Positions 38,123 through 50,868 of a stretch of DNA of 64,000 bases are shown here, piece by piece. The notes beneath the pieces were generated by a model. That model ran no database searches. It was not told the DNA's origin and was given only the letters and a program-made list of their open reading frames with translations. The stretch is taken from NCBI RefSeq assembly GCF_004010195.1, contig NC_057719.1, positions 83,212,027-83,276,026 on the forward strand. Reading direction: 5' to 3'. The position numbers and the translations under genes are program-made. Each line of letters starts with the position of its first letter. Position 1 is the stretch's first letter. The stretch comes from Chiloscyllium plagiosum (Eukaryota).

Positions 38123-39911
38123 ATAATTTCCATCAACCTATCGATACACATCTGCATCATGACCTTTGCAACACACTTTCCTCTTCATCTTGTCTTCGTT
38201 CCTTCCATCTGAGTGACTGACAGAAACTGGGAAAAGTTGAGGTCCTAACATAGACTCCTGCAGGACCCCACCCACCCCTCCTACCCTGCCAACCTGAAAA
38301 CAATCCATGTAGGATGCTCTGTTTTCTTCAGGCCAGCCAGTCTTCCATTCAAGCAACTGTACACCACAGGCTCCTACTTTAGTGCAAAGGTATACCTTGT
38401 GAAATGCCTGCTGAAAAATCCAAGCACGATATATTTACAGGCTCCACAGTGCAGAGCACTCCCTCAAAAAACTCCAATGAATCGATTAAACTTCATTCCG
38501 TTTCATAAAACCCCTGCTGACTCTTCTTGATTTGCCCTGGCTTCCTTTTCCCAAGTGCCCAGTTATAACCTCCTGAATATGATCGATTGTAACACCTTCC
38601 TTATGATGGTGTCAAACTGTGGTTTGTGGTTTCCACATTTTCCACCTCCTTCTTCTGGAATAGTTGGGAACATTAACATTCACTTTTTAAGTTCAGGACA
38701 ATGTCAATGTCCATCAGGACCGAAGACTTATCAGTCACCGACTCATCAGTTTATTCCGCATTACTTCCTTGGCGATTTCAATTTCACCCAGTTCCTCCCT
38801 TCCTTCAACCTCTCGCTATGTCACACTGGTTGTCTGTGCGGAGGAGCAGATACAATTTCCCATCAAAACAGTGCAAGGACCAAACCTTCAGACCTTCCTC
38901 CAAAATCTAGACCCCAAGCTGCAACTCTGTCCTCCTCCCAGCCCACCGACTGATGCCCAGTTTGATCACTAACAGCTAGGCTCAGAAAAAATGTTACCCG
39001 AGTGCATAACTTGGTGAGATACGCATATTTGAACTGTAAAAATCGCCATTTCTAATGAAGTTCTCCAGAATGCTGGCATATTGTTGAAATCTGTTGTGGA
39101 TGTCAATAAAGTGCATAGCTCGGTGAGATAAGCAACTTTGCACATCAAAACCTCTATTCCCAGCAAAATTTCCTTAAACGTGTTGATGTTACCAAACTGC
39201 ATGACTTGGTGAGATAAGCAAGTTTGAACAGCAAAATTACCCCTCTCTCTCCCGCCCGCCCCCCTCCCCCGCAACATTGAGACACATCTTAAAACTGTAC
39301 TTCCAACATAAATTTGGTCACCTAATCTCACACACGCTTCAGTGTCAAATATTGCTTCACAGGAGCACTTTGTGGCTATCAAAATACAATGGCTAGAGAA
39401 AAAGAGACATGAAAGAGAAGGAGCAGGAAGATTGGGATACAGACGGATGAAGGGAGAGGCAGAAATGGGCACTGATGTTACATGGGCGCATGGATAAAGG
39501 CAGAGAAAGAGTGAAATAAAACAGGAGGAAGAAACACACAAGACAAGAGATTTTTAATCAAACCAAAGACAGATAGCAGGATGCAATGCAGAGTCAGGAA
39601 GCTTACACATGGAGATAAACACGGAAAACAAAATGCAAGGAACACAAAGTATGGAAAAGGAGCAAAAAACTTAAGATATTGGCAAAACAGGAGGAAATGA
39701 CCAGGATGTTCAGGCTCTGCTTGGTCCAAGTAACAAGCAGTTCAAGATCCACACACTGCCACTGAATTTCTGCATCACTGCCACGCTGATAATACAGCTA
39801 ACCTGCAGACAGCACTGACCACACACTCCGATTAAAACCAACCTCTGATCATCAGGGTCATCTTTGCTGATTCCAGCAGCTGGGATCTCCCCAGTACAGC
39901 CCGACTCCTGC

Positions 39912-39942
<31 letters not shown>

Positions 39943-39959
39943 CATCAATCTATCAACAC

Positions 39960-40075
39960 AGAAAAGATGGCACCTCAGAGAGTGCAGCACTCCGTCAGTA
40001 CTGCAGTAGGAGTATCAGCCTAGAAGATGCCCTTGAGTTAAGCCCATCAGCTTCTGACTGAGGGGAGACTGCATC
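39960..40075 (-). mobile_element. Deu-SINE (SacSINE1/AmnSINE-like) fragment
   Basis: aagatggcacctc..agtgcagcactcc..cagtactgc resembles the recalled Deu domain. Related pieces at ~42890-43070, ~51530-51830 and ~63660-63770. Confidence 0.55.
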
Positions 40076-40994
40076 CTCGGACCTGGTGGTTGGCGCTGTG
40101 GGTTCGCCCCCTCTTTCACATGCCAAGAGCAGTCTCTGTGAAATCAGCCATTCACACACTGGCAGCCTCCCCTCAGTCTCCGGGTCGTACACAATCTAAG
40201 TAGTACCGTTGTTGGTGCTTTCCAACTGGTGAGCTTATCTGGCTGCTGATTGGGCAAGAAATTGCCATGGGGACCGGGGCAAGGAAGGAGTGCCCTCACC
40301 CTTCCTCCCCACCCCCACGTTCCTTCCCCACCCCCACATTTCTGTTTAGATTTTAGCGCAATGCGCTTCTTCCTGTAGAAGACAGCCCCTTTCATGTGAG
40401 CATGAGTGTATCCAGCAACTTGTGCTTCCAAAACTCAGAATGAAGGTTAGATGGGATTCTACCATTGGACAGCACTCACAGAACAATCCCAAATGGTGTT
40501 AAGAATTTGTGAATGACCCATCTAAATTGTGACTCGCAGTGTGGCTCACTTAGGCTTGCTCAACGCCACATATATTCATACTCAGGTAACATAAGAACTG
40601 GGAGCAGGCAATTCAGCCACACAAACTCACTCCACCGTTTGGTAGGATCATCGCTGATCTCATCTCGGCCTCAGCTCCACTTCCCTGCCCACTCTCCATA
40701 CCCCTCCAACCCGCGACAAATTAAAAATCCTTCCCCTTCTCAAATCTACTCAATGTTCCAAGTTTGACTCAGACTCAAGCAAATTCCAAACAAACTCAAT
40801 GCTTTGAGAGAGGTCATTTCTCATTTGGTTTAAATCTGCCTCCCTTTAGCCCAAATCTATGACCTCTCGTTCCAGATTGCCCTACAAAAAGAAATATTCT
40901 CTCTGTGTCCACCTTATCAATCCCCTTTAGTGTCTTGTATTCTTCAAAATTCAATTACTCCTCATCCTTCTAAACTCCGAAGAGTTTTTTTAAA

Positions 40995-41224
40995 GATTAG
41001 ATTCCCTACATTCTGGAAACAGGCCCTTCGGCCCAACAAGTCCACACTGACCCTTCGAAGAGTAACCCATCCAGACCCATTTCCCTCTGACTAATGCACC
41101 TAACACCATGGGCAATTTAGCACGGCCAATTCACCTGACCTGCACAGGACTGTGGGAGGAAACCGGAGCACCCGGAGGAAACCCACCCAGACACGGGGAG
41201 AATGTGCAAACTCCACACAGACAA
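40995..41224 (-). mobile_element. HE1 SINE, 5'-truncated, nested in a CR1 fragment (40590-41385)
   Basis: Tail and V core present. Confidence 0.9.
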
Positions 41225-41392
41225 TGCTCAATCTTTAATTAAAAGACTGACCCTCATCTCTACACTCAATCTAGTGAACCTTCTCTGAACTGCTTCTAAC
41301 GCACTACATCCCTCCCCAAGACTGTCAACATTACTCCAGGTGCAGACTTAATAATGTCTCATACAATCACAGTAGCAATTCGCTATTTTTAA

Positions 41393-41553
41393 TACAGAAT
41401 AACCCTGATTATCCGTACCAGAAGGACGACGAGTATTTTGTTGGATAACTGATTGTTCGGGTAATTGATAATGTTTTTTACGGGACCTGGAGATCTTGTT
41501 AGGATAATCCGAAATTCAGATAATTGACATTCGAATAACCGGCATCTCTTTAG
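41393..41553. mobile_element. Tigger/pogo-like MITE remnant
   Basis: ta-cagaataaccctgattatccg.. start with complementary ggataatc/cggataat-type repeats at the other end. Confidence 0.55.
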
Positions 41554-41617
41554 TGATGTACCAAAGTTCCATAGCTGAGACCTCTCCAAGATGAAGATGA
41601 CCAGATAGTCCCCTTTA

Positions 41618-41903
41618 GAGTCATAGAGATGCACAGCACAGAAACAGACCCTTCGGTCCAAACTGTCCATGCCGACCAGATGTCCCAACCCAATCTAGTC
41701 CCACCTGCCAGCACCCGGCCCATATCCCTCCAAACCCTTCCTATTCGTATACCCATCCAAATGCCTCTTAAATGTTGCAATTGTACCAGCCTCCACCACT
41801 TCCTCTGGCTCATTCCATACACCTACCACCCTCTGCGTGAAAAAGTTGCCCCTTAGGTCTCTTTAACATCTTTCCCCTCTCACCCTAAACCTATGCCCTC
41901 TAG
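41618..41903 (-). mobile_element. HER1/CR1 3' fragment
   Basis: Near-consensus tail and RT C-terminus. Confidence 0.9.
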
Positions 41904-42244
41904 CACTGTTAGAAAATGCCCAAAGTTCTCCCATGAAGCAGTATTTGGCACTGAAGCACATGAGAGATTAGGTGACCAAATTTATGTGGGAAATATAGTT
42001 TTGAGTTAACACAGGCATGCATTCGCCATGACAATGCTTTGACCAGAGTTGAATAGCCAACCATCAGCACCATTTTTCTCATGAGATATAAACTGTTCTC
42101 CCCTCGCATTGAGGCATTCTTGTGTCTGTGCTGACAAGTACAGGGCTCAGAGCTGGGCAGGACATCTCCTCGTCAATGTTGAGGAATTTTAGAGTCAGTT
42201 GACAGCACAGCCACAACGAGAGAGGAGATGGTGGTCCCTCCCCA

Positions 42245-42860
42245 CACAGTTTATTGGTCAGTGCACTGAGCATAGGAACCGGGTTGTCATCATGCAGCCG
42301 TGCAGGACATTAGTGAGACTACTTTTGGAATACCCACGTTCGATTCGGGTCCCCCTGCTATGGGAAAAACGGTGTTCAACTTGAAAGAATGCAGAAAAGA
42401 TTCAGAAGGATGTTGTCAGGACCAGAGGGTTTCGAGCTATACGGAGAGGCTGAACAGGCTGGGGCTGTTATCACTGCAGCGACGGAGGCCGAGGGGTGAC
42501 CTTATAGACATTTATAAAATCGTGCGGGGCATGGTTATGGTGAAGAGCCAAGGTCGTTTTCCCCAGGGGAGGGGAATCCAAAACCAGAGGGCATAGGTTT
42601 AAGGTGAGAGGGGAAAGATTTAAAAAGGGCAACTCTTTTCACACAGAGGGTGGTAAATGTATGGAATGAGCTGCCAGAGGAAGTGGTGGAGGCTGGTACA
42701 ATTGCAACCCCCATTTAAAAGGCATCTGGATGGGTACGTGAATAGCGAAGGGTTTAGGGGGATATGGGCCAAGTGCTGGCAAATGGGACTAGACTAATTT
42801 AGAATATCTGGTCAGCACGGATGAGTTGCTCTGTTACTGTGCTGTACAACTCCAGGGCTA
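42245..42860 (+). mobile_element. HER1/CR1 3' fragment
   Basis: ERLNRLGLLSLQRRRPRGDLIDIYKI. Confidence 0.9.
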
Positions 42861-44439
42861 TGGCAATGACTTGATCATAGGCTAATGCTCCCTGCACAGT
42901 GCTGAGGAAGTGTCGTACTGCTGGAGAGGTCATTATTCGGAGGAGATATGGAAGGGAGGTGTGGCACGTGCCCTCTCAGATGGCCGTTGTTAGTCAGTGG
43001 GAGAGCGCGGGATTCTGTCTGGGGGTCAGCGACAGCACCATCTCTCTACAGCTGCTGACTGGAGGTGCCCCTGATGTGTGCACTCGACAGCTGCCAGAGA
43101 AAAAAGGTTTCCAATCAAGAAAGAATTTGCAGCCTCAACCAGATTTGGACGTGGCACTAAGTCTAAGGCACTTTGTTCTGCTTCTGTTTCTTATAAGGAA
43201 CAGATGGAGGGAGAGAGAAAAGAGCTTGCGATGATAGAACTCGAACTCTGCAGCCTTTGACACATGTCAGAGTAAAACGTACACAAGGCAACAGAATGTG
43301 GTAATGCTTTAATCTCCAACACAACCACGATGGGGGGAGTGCCGGAGGACAGTACCTTTCGACAGGCACCAGGAAAGGTATCTGCCAGGGCTGCTCAATC
43401 TCAAAATGCAGAGCTCGTTAAATTGACAGTGATGGTTCAGTTCTAGTGCCAAGTGCTGGCAAATGGGAACAGACTAATTTAGGATATCTGGTCAGCACGG
43501 ATGAGTTGGACCGAAGGGTCTGTTTCTGTGCTGTACAACTCCATGGCTACTGCAATGACTTGATCATAGGGTAATCCGGGCTAATACTCCCTGAAGTGTG
43601 GATCTTCACTGAGGGTGAACGGCCCAGCTCCCTAACTGGGTACGTCACCCAAGTGGGCATCCCCCTGGGGACTGACGCACTTCTTTACGCAAACTCCACA
43701 GTCCAGCCAGGGATAATCATTGCAAATAAAAAGGGCACTAGCTATCCTGGTTTCTCCTCACCACCTTCCCTATCCCCCCTCCCACACCCAACAACACCAG
43801 GCACTTTTATTCCCACCCCCCCTCCCCCCAACTTCATTCTTTGAAAGGTGGGCATCACTGGCGAGTCCAGAATTTGTTGCCCATCCCCAACGGCCCTTGA
43901 ACAGAGGAGGCTCGCCAGCCCAGTTCAGAGGGTGCTCAACCAAGTCCACCACATCACTGTGGGTCAGAGGTCACGCGCAGGCCAGACTGGGCCTTCCCTC
44001 AGAGGGAGGCTAGCAAAGCAGATAGGTTTTTTTACAACAACGTATTGTCGCACTCACCCTCTGTCCCCTAACCACGGCTCATTCTCAATTCCAAAAACAA
44101 AAGCCACATTTTTATTTCACCAGCTGCCACTGTGGGAGATTCGTACCCACCCACCGCCTCAAGAATATTTTGGGATATATAGTCCAGTGACACTGTTACC
44201 TGGCCCCATCATCGCTGCATCTGAGGCACACTGGGAATATTGCCAAGTCAGGGAGGTAGCTGAATCCTTTTCCATTCCCTCTGGCTTTCCGATGTACAGA
44301 ACGACCTGTTGAGGATAACTACGAGCAGAGAGGTCATTGCTCAGCTGGTACCTCAACAGGTCATTTCGAAAGAAAGAGGAGTATTTAAAATGAACCTTTC
44401 ACGACCTCAGGCCTTGACAAGCAAAAGGTACTATTGGAA

Positions 44440-45350
44440 TGTGATTACGCGCAAAGCACAGGGAAACCCCAGTGGGCACAGCGAGATCCCATAAGCTGCA
44501 AAGTGGTGACAACCTGCAAGCTCTCTCGTGGTGTGGGTGGAGAGGAAAGCATTCGCTGGGGGAGAATCTCCCTTCCTCCCCGGGGTCGGGGGGGTAAGGT
44601 GTGAATACCTGCCTTCCCCCAATGCGGTTGGCAGACCGAGGTCAGGACAACCCCCCCCCTCCCCCAATCTCCAGGCATCACATCCTTAATGCTGCCGCGG
44701 TGGTGTTGCTGTGATTGACTGGATGACGGACTGTTGGCTCCATGCCAGCCAATGAGTTTTGGTGACACCAGCTGACATTTTCCAACCAAACCCCCCCGTC
44801 CCGGTTGGCCAGAACTCACCACCCAACGGCACCACCTCTGTAATGTTGTCAATCTGAAACGTGCATTCTGTCAGCCATTATCCCTCTTCCGACCACTTGA
44901 TTAGGAATAGTACGGGGGGTGGTGGTGGGGGGTGGAGATGGGGGTTATACAGCGAGGGGGGGGGTTAGAATAATCACTGAATCACCATCGCCCTGTAGGC
45001 TTGCACATGACCTTTCAGACTGCCCACAGTCGACCTACAACTGGCTCGCTCTGCTCTCCGACAGCACCCCACCCACCCCTCCAACCATCCTCTGGAATCC
45101 CACTGACCGAGGGTCGCTTGATCCCACCCCCTTTACTTGGCGTCTCAGCCTGCTTCGATAGCATCTGATTGGCTGAGAAGTGCTCTGCACCGAGCGGGGT
45201 GCGACAAAATTGCAAAACGTGCTGTCACCCGAGGCGGCGCGCTGCTTGGTAAAGACTTCATTATTTAAAAATGGGGAGCGACCGCAGTGTCACAAAACAC
45301 AGAGGTGTCCTGCTGCACGAGACAAAATGTTAGGATGCAGGCAAACCGCG
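44440..45350. promoter_or_regulatory. Candidate CpG-rich promoter / non-coding first exon region of PLEKHH1, possibly bidirectional
   Basis: Non-repeat GC/CpG-rich block. CCAAT boxes (gccaatgag ~44748; ctgattggctg ~45166). Minus-strand donor GTG|gtgagt at 44820/44819 and plus-strand donor GGG|gtaagg at 44593/44594. Confidence 0.4.
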
Positions 45351-45514
45351 TAATCTAATGGGATGCCAACTTTTATTATGAATTGAGCATGAAAGACAGG
45401 AAGTGACTTTTATGGAGGATGATGGGATAGTGTAGGGGGATGAGCTGCACTGTCTTGTTCTATGTGATGCTTCAGTTAGAGAGAACGTTAGTAAGCTCAC
45501 ACCTTAGCAGCCAG

Positions 45515-46110
45515 ATCACTGAGTTGGGATATCATGTTGTGTGGCTGGACAGGATGTTGGTGAGGCCACTTTTGGAGTACTGTGCACAACTCTGGTCTCC
45601 CTGCCATAGCAAGGATGTTATTAAACAGGAGCGGGGGCAGAAAAGATCGATAAAGATGTTCCTGGGACTGGAGGGTTTCAGTTATGAGCTGGATAGTTTG
45701 GGATTTTTTTCGCCCGGAGCATCGGAGACCTTTTACAGGTTTTAAAAATAAAAAAAATCATGAGGGACGTGGATAGGGTGAATAGCCAAGGGCTTTTTCA
45801 CAGGGTAGGGGAGTCCAAAACTAGACCAAGACACAAGTGTAAGGTGGGAGGGGAAAGATTTAAATGGGAGCGGAGGGGGAACTTTTTCGCGCAGAGGGTG
45901 GCATATGTATGGAATGAGCTCCCAGGGGAAGTGGCAGAGGCTGGTACAGCATTTGAAAGACATTGGGACAGGTAGACAAATAGGAAAAGTTGAGAAGGTC
46001 AAAGGCTGGCAAGTGGGACTAGGTCAGTTCGGTGGGGGGGGGGGGAATCATTCGGCATGGACAAGTTGGACTGAAGGGTCTGTGTGTTTCCACTGGATGA
46101 CTCTACATGA
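45515..46110 (+). mobile_element. CR1 3' fragment
   Basis: LVRPLLEYCAQLWSP..RGNFFAQRVAYVWNELP. Confidence 0.85.
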
Positions 46111-46785
46111 GTGCAGTTTTGGTCTCCTTATTGAAAGGAGGATGTAAATGTGCTGCGGGGAGGGGGGGGGGGGGGTTTACTTGACTGATACATGGATTGA
46201 CAATATTGTCTTCTGAGGAAGGAGTGGGCAGGCTGGACTTACTTTCACTGGTGTTGGGAAGAGGAAGCAGTGACATGATTGAAGTGTATCAGATTTTGCA
46301 CAGTGGTGGATTGGGAGAAAATGTTTCCCAGAATGAGGCTTCAAAATTACCACACCCTCACATTCCCCCCACATTGCCCTTTCCTGAAGGGGGGAGGGGG
46401 GGAGAGATGAGGAGAGGCTTCGAGGGCCGAATGGCCTACTTCTGATGCTAACTTGTGTCTTTACATTAGAAATGACTTGGCAAATGGGAAGATCATCTGC
46501 GTCAGTGAAAATTTGGCAAGAAAAGAGTTAACTTCAGGGATTGGCGACTGAAGGGAGATGTACCACACAGAATATTATACAGCTTGGATAAGATAACCTT
46601 GCACTAAAGATAGATAGAGCAGAGGTCAGACCGCACTGCTGAAAAGCAAAGCAAAATCAGTCCTATGTCAGGAAGCACATTGACCACTGTAGGGTTAATG
46701 AAGATGTGCTGGAGTCAGGCTAGAGGGTGGTGTGCAGCACTGAGGAGGTCAGAGAGAGGCAGGGGGACAGAGCGTCGAGAGATTC

Positions 46786-47285
46786 NNNNNNNNNNNNNNN
46801 NNNNNNNNNNNNNNNNNNNNNNNNNNNNNNNNNNNNNNNNNNNNNNNNNNNNNNNNNNNNNNNNNNNNNNNNNNNNNNNNNNNNNNNNNNNNNNNNNNNN
46901 NNNNNNNNNNNNNNNNNNNNNNNNNNNNNNNNNNNNNNNNNNNNNNNNNNNNNNNNNNNNNNNNNNNNNNNNNNNNNNNNNNNNNNNNNNNNNNNNNNNN
47001 NNNNNNNNNNNNNNNNNNNNNNNNNNNNNNNNNNNNNNNNNNNNNNNNNNNNNNNNNNNNNNNNNNNNNNNNNNNNNNNNNNNNNNNNNNNNNNNNNNNN
47101 NNNNNNNNNNNNNNNNNNNNNNNNNNNNNNNNNNNNNNNNNNNNNNNNNNNNNNNNNNNNNNNNNNNNNNNNNNNNNNNNNNNNNNNNNNNNNNNNNNNN
47201 NNNNNNNNNNNNNNNNNNNNNNNNNNNNNNNNNNNNNNNNNNNNNNNNNNNNNNNNNNNNNNNNNNNNNNNNNNNNNNNNNNNNN
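46786..47285. other. Assembly gap (500 N)
   Basis: N run. Confidence 1.
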
Positions 47286-47354
47286 GTTGCTGGAAAGGCG
47301 CAGCAGGAATGGAAAGCTCAATGGAAGTGGCAATGAGCAGCGATCTAAACTGAA

Positions 47355-47548
47355 CACAGTATGTTCCGCTATAACGTGTGCTTCGTCAGCAGGAATTGGC
47401 TATAACACTATTGTCGAATTGTGGACGTTGTTTGAAGAATGCAAACTTTCTACTGAATGGGTATAGTGATTTTCTATTAGCGATCTTCTACAGCGGGATT
47501 TTCTATCGCAGCGGAACACAGCCGTCACATGAGAGCAGAATGATTTGT
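47355..47548. mobile_element. Tigger/pogo-like MITE remnant
   Basis: acagtatgttccgctataacg.. with a decayed inverse end ..agcagaatgatttgt. Confidence 0.45.
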
Positions 47549-47624
47549 CATTAACCCATATTGCTGTTGACTTCACATAGCCACCCCAAAGGCAACATTA
47601 CTGCTATAGAATTCTGATGGGAGA

Positions 47625-48050
47625 CTTAGATTTAGATTTAGATTTCGGTTTTATTGTCACATGTGTTCAAGTTCAGGGATTCAGGAGTACAGTGAAAAGT
47701 GTACAATGTTGCCATTTCTGGCGCCATCTTAGGTGCAAAGGTACAAAACCTTAGATACAAAAGGAGAAGGGTAAAGAAATAAGTTTACAACTTCATCACT
47801 GCAATTGTTCTTTGTATTAAGTAGAAAATAAAGAAACAATGTTATAAGTTAAACATTAAGGTCCTTTCTTAAGCCACGGGTCTGCAGAAACTCTCTGCTT
47901 GGCTTTTCCCATGAGGCCATGCTTTCACCAGCGCTGGTAAAGTCCCACTCAGGTTTGCTAGCCATTCTGTCACCAACCACCAACTGCCCCCATGATCGGG
48001 CTCCCCCCAGTTAAAAAAAAAACTTAAAAATCTAAAAAAGAGAAAAGTGA
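47625..48050 (-). mobile_element. Element with Rex1/Babar-type tail
   Basis: (ttagat)n then ttttattgtcacatgtg..acagtgaaaag on the plus strand. Confidence 0.55.
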
Positions 48051-48942
48051 AGTTAGCCAATGTTCATCTTGCTCCATGGGTAAACTTGTTTTGCTCCTCC
48101 GGGCCTAGAGTTTAGGCTTTATGCTTTGGACTCAAAGCTGTCCCCACAGCATGGCAGAAAAACACAAGGGACTGAATTGCCAGAGGGAGCCAGGCAATTT
48201 AGGAGCTGGAGAGCTACCTTGCCAGAAATCAGTGAGACCTACAAATGCACAGGATCCCTGCTTTCCCTTTGAGAGGTTATTTTCAGCGGAACACCAGGCA
48301 CCGTGTTTTTTAATCCTTTATTGATAGAAACCATTCGGGCTCATTATTCAATTGAAAACCACTTTGCCTCTTTGTCATATCAAGTCATGCCAATAGGTGC
48401 TGGGGAGGTTTGATTCTTTCTTTAATGCTTGAGATAAAAAGCTCTCTACACCCTCCTTGCGTTGGCTCGATGAGGTCTGATAGCCTTCTCGGACACCTTG
48501 CAGTGATAACACATCATGTGCAAACCCAGATTGCAACTGGTCTTGAGCTATTCCATCACAAGCCTATCACCCTGCCATTGCATAGAGTGTGACTAAAAAT
48601 GAGTCCAGGAGTAGCAGCTTTCCTGTCTCCTCTTTAATCTGGCAGTGCAGGGATTATCCTCTGACTTCATCCATGATCCTCCTATTCTGGTCTCTTTAGT
48701 ATCCCTGACTATAACAGTTCCATCATTGGCAGCTACGCCCTTCGCTACTGAGGGCCCCCCACCCGCCCCATCTTTCGAACTCCTTCTTTTCCCCTTTTAA
48801 GATGATCCGTCAAGCTGAGCTCTTTGCTGTCGATTCCTCGACCCAGCGACCGTGCATCGATGGACAATCTCCGAGACTTCAGAATAAGCCGAGCCACGCG
48901 ACGACGTTGCATCGATGTCTGCGTCCTCCTCCAAGATATCGC

Positions 48943-49116
48943 AAACAAAAACAGAAAATGCTGGAAAAGCTCAGCAGGGTCTGGCAGCTGAGAACCACCT
49001 TCCTCAGAACCACTCTTCCCGAAACATTAACTCTGATTTCTCTCCACAGACGCTGCCGGACCCTGCTGAGCTTTTCCAGCATTTTCTGTTTCTGTTCCTG
49101 ATTTACAGCACCTGCA
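48943..49116. mobile_element. Penelope-like family 2 inverted-repeat insertion
   Basis: aacagaaaatgctggaaaagctcagcagggtctggcagc pairs with gctgccggaccctgctgagcttttccagcattttctgtt. Scrambled hammerhead pieces (ttcctcagaac, cccgaaacattaactctg) lie in the loop. Confidence 0.75.
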
Positions 49117-49321
49117 TATCCATGTTTCCAATGGCCAACAGGTCAGATGTGAGGAGATCTTACCTCACGACGAGTGACTGAACTTAAAATCTGCACCTTT
49201 TCCTTTTCTTTTGGACAAGGACTTTAAGACCTGATTTTTTTTTCATTTTCTTGAGGCCTGGTTCTTTTATTTCGCCTCTTTTTTGTTAAATTCTGGTTTT
49301 GTATTTCAAGATGAGAAGTGG

Positions 49322-50205
49322 CATATTGCGTGCAATTCTGGTCTCCTTCCTATCGGAAGGATGTTGTGAAACTTGAAAGGGTTCAGAAAAGATTTACAAG
49401 GATGTTGCCAGAGTTGGAGGATCTGAGCTACAGGGAGAGGCTGAACAGGCTGGGGCTGTTTTCCCTGGAGCGTCGGAGGCTGAGGGGTGACCTTATAGAG
49501 GTTTATAAAATTATGAGGGGCATGGATAGGGTAAATAGGCAAAGTCTTTTCCCTGGGATCGGGGAGTACAGAACTAGAGGGCATAGGTTTAGGGTGAGAG
49601 GGGAAAGANNNNNNNNNNNNNNNNNNNNNNNNNNNNNNNNNNNNNNNNNNNNNNNNNNNNNNNNNNNNNNNNNNNNNNNNNNNNNNNNNNNNNNNNNNNN
49701 NNNNNNNNNNNNNNNNNNNNNNNNNNNNNNNNNNNNNNNNNNNNNNNNNNNNNNNNNNNNNNNNNNNNNNNNNNNNNNNNNNNNNNNNNNNNNNNNNNNN
49801 NNNNNNNNNNNNNNNNNNNNNNNNNNNNNNNNNNNNNNNNNNNNNNNNNNNNNNNNNNNNNNNNNNNNNNNNNNNNNNNNNNNNNNNNNNNNNNNNNNNN
49901 NNNNNNNNNNNNNNNNNNNNNNNNNNNNNNNNNNNNNNNNNNNNNNNNNNNNNNNNNNNNNNNNNNNNNNNNNNNNNNNNNNNNNNNNNNNNNNNNNNNN
50001 NNNNNNNNNNNNNNNNNNNNNNNNNNNNNNNNNNNNNNNNNNNNNNNNNNNNNNNNNNNNNATTTGGATGGGTATATGAATAGGAAGGGTTTGGAGGGAT
50101 ATGGGCCGGGTGCTGGCAGGTGGGACTAGATTGGGTTGGGATATCTGGTCGGCATGGACGGGTTGGACCGAAGGGTCTGTTTCCGTGGTGTATATCTCTA
50201 TGACT
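49322..50205 (+). mobile_element. Young HER1/CR1 3' fragment spanning a gap
   Basis: YCVQFWSPSYRKDVVKLERVQKRFTRMLP..RGDLIEVYKI, open in the sequenced part. Confidence 0.93.
49609..50061. other. Assembly gap (453 N)
   Basis: N run. Confidence 1.
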
Positions 50206-50431
50206 CAATGAGTAGAACGGTGACTGTGTACACTTGCCGCTGCACTCCTGTATTTCTGTACTTGACTACACGTGACAATTAAAAAAATCTGATCGAATCT
50301 ATCACCCACCAGACGGTTGTAAGTGGAGATCACCATCAGGAACTCCAGCACCTCCATACCAACTGCTGAAGGAGACAGAAGACACCAGGACAGCAGCACA
50401 TAATCAACAAATGCTCCCAAGTGCAGTGATC

Positions 50432-50868
50432 CCAGGCCCTTCGGTCAACCAGTCCATGCCGACCATAATCCCAAACTCAATTCATCCCACCTGCCTGCGC
50501 TTGGCCCATCTCCCCCCAAACCTTTCCTATTCATCTACCTATCTAAGTGTCTCTTTATTGTTGTAACTGTGTCCGCATCCACCCTGTCCTCTGGACGTTC
50601 ATTCCACACACGAACCACTCTCTGTGTAAAAAAGTTGCCTTTGGGGGCTTTTGTAAATCTTCTCCTCTCACCTTAGAAATATAATCTACCCCCCAAGTTT
50701 TGAAATCCCCCACTCTAGGGAAAAGACACCTGCCATTCACCTTATCCAAGCCCCTTATGATTTTATAAACTTCTATAAGGTCACCCCTCAGCCTCCTACG
50801 CTCCAGGGAAAAAGAGCCCCGGCCTATCCACCCCTCGTTGTAACTCAAACCCTATGTTGCCAGCAACT
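50432..50868 (-). mobile_element. CR1 3' fragment
   Basis: FSLERRRLRGDLIEVYKIIRGLDKV. Confidence 0.88.

Noticed and set aside
38969..39541. 190-aa ORF with repeated SHQVM motifs; also considered as a CRISPR-like array
   Set aside because: No recognisable domain or splice context; repeats are degenerate with partly related linkers; vertebrate DNA with no cas genes.
46665..50208. Long ORFs of 200-300 aa
   Set aside because: Artefacts of N runs and CR1 sequence.
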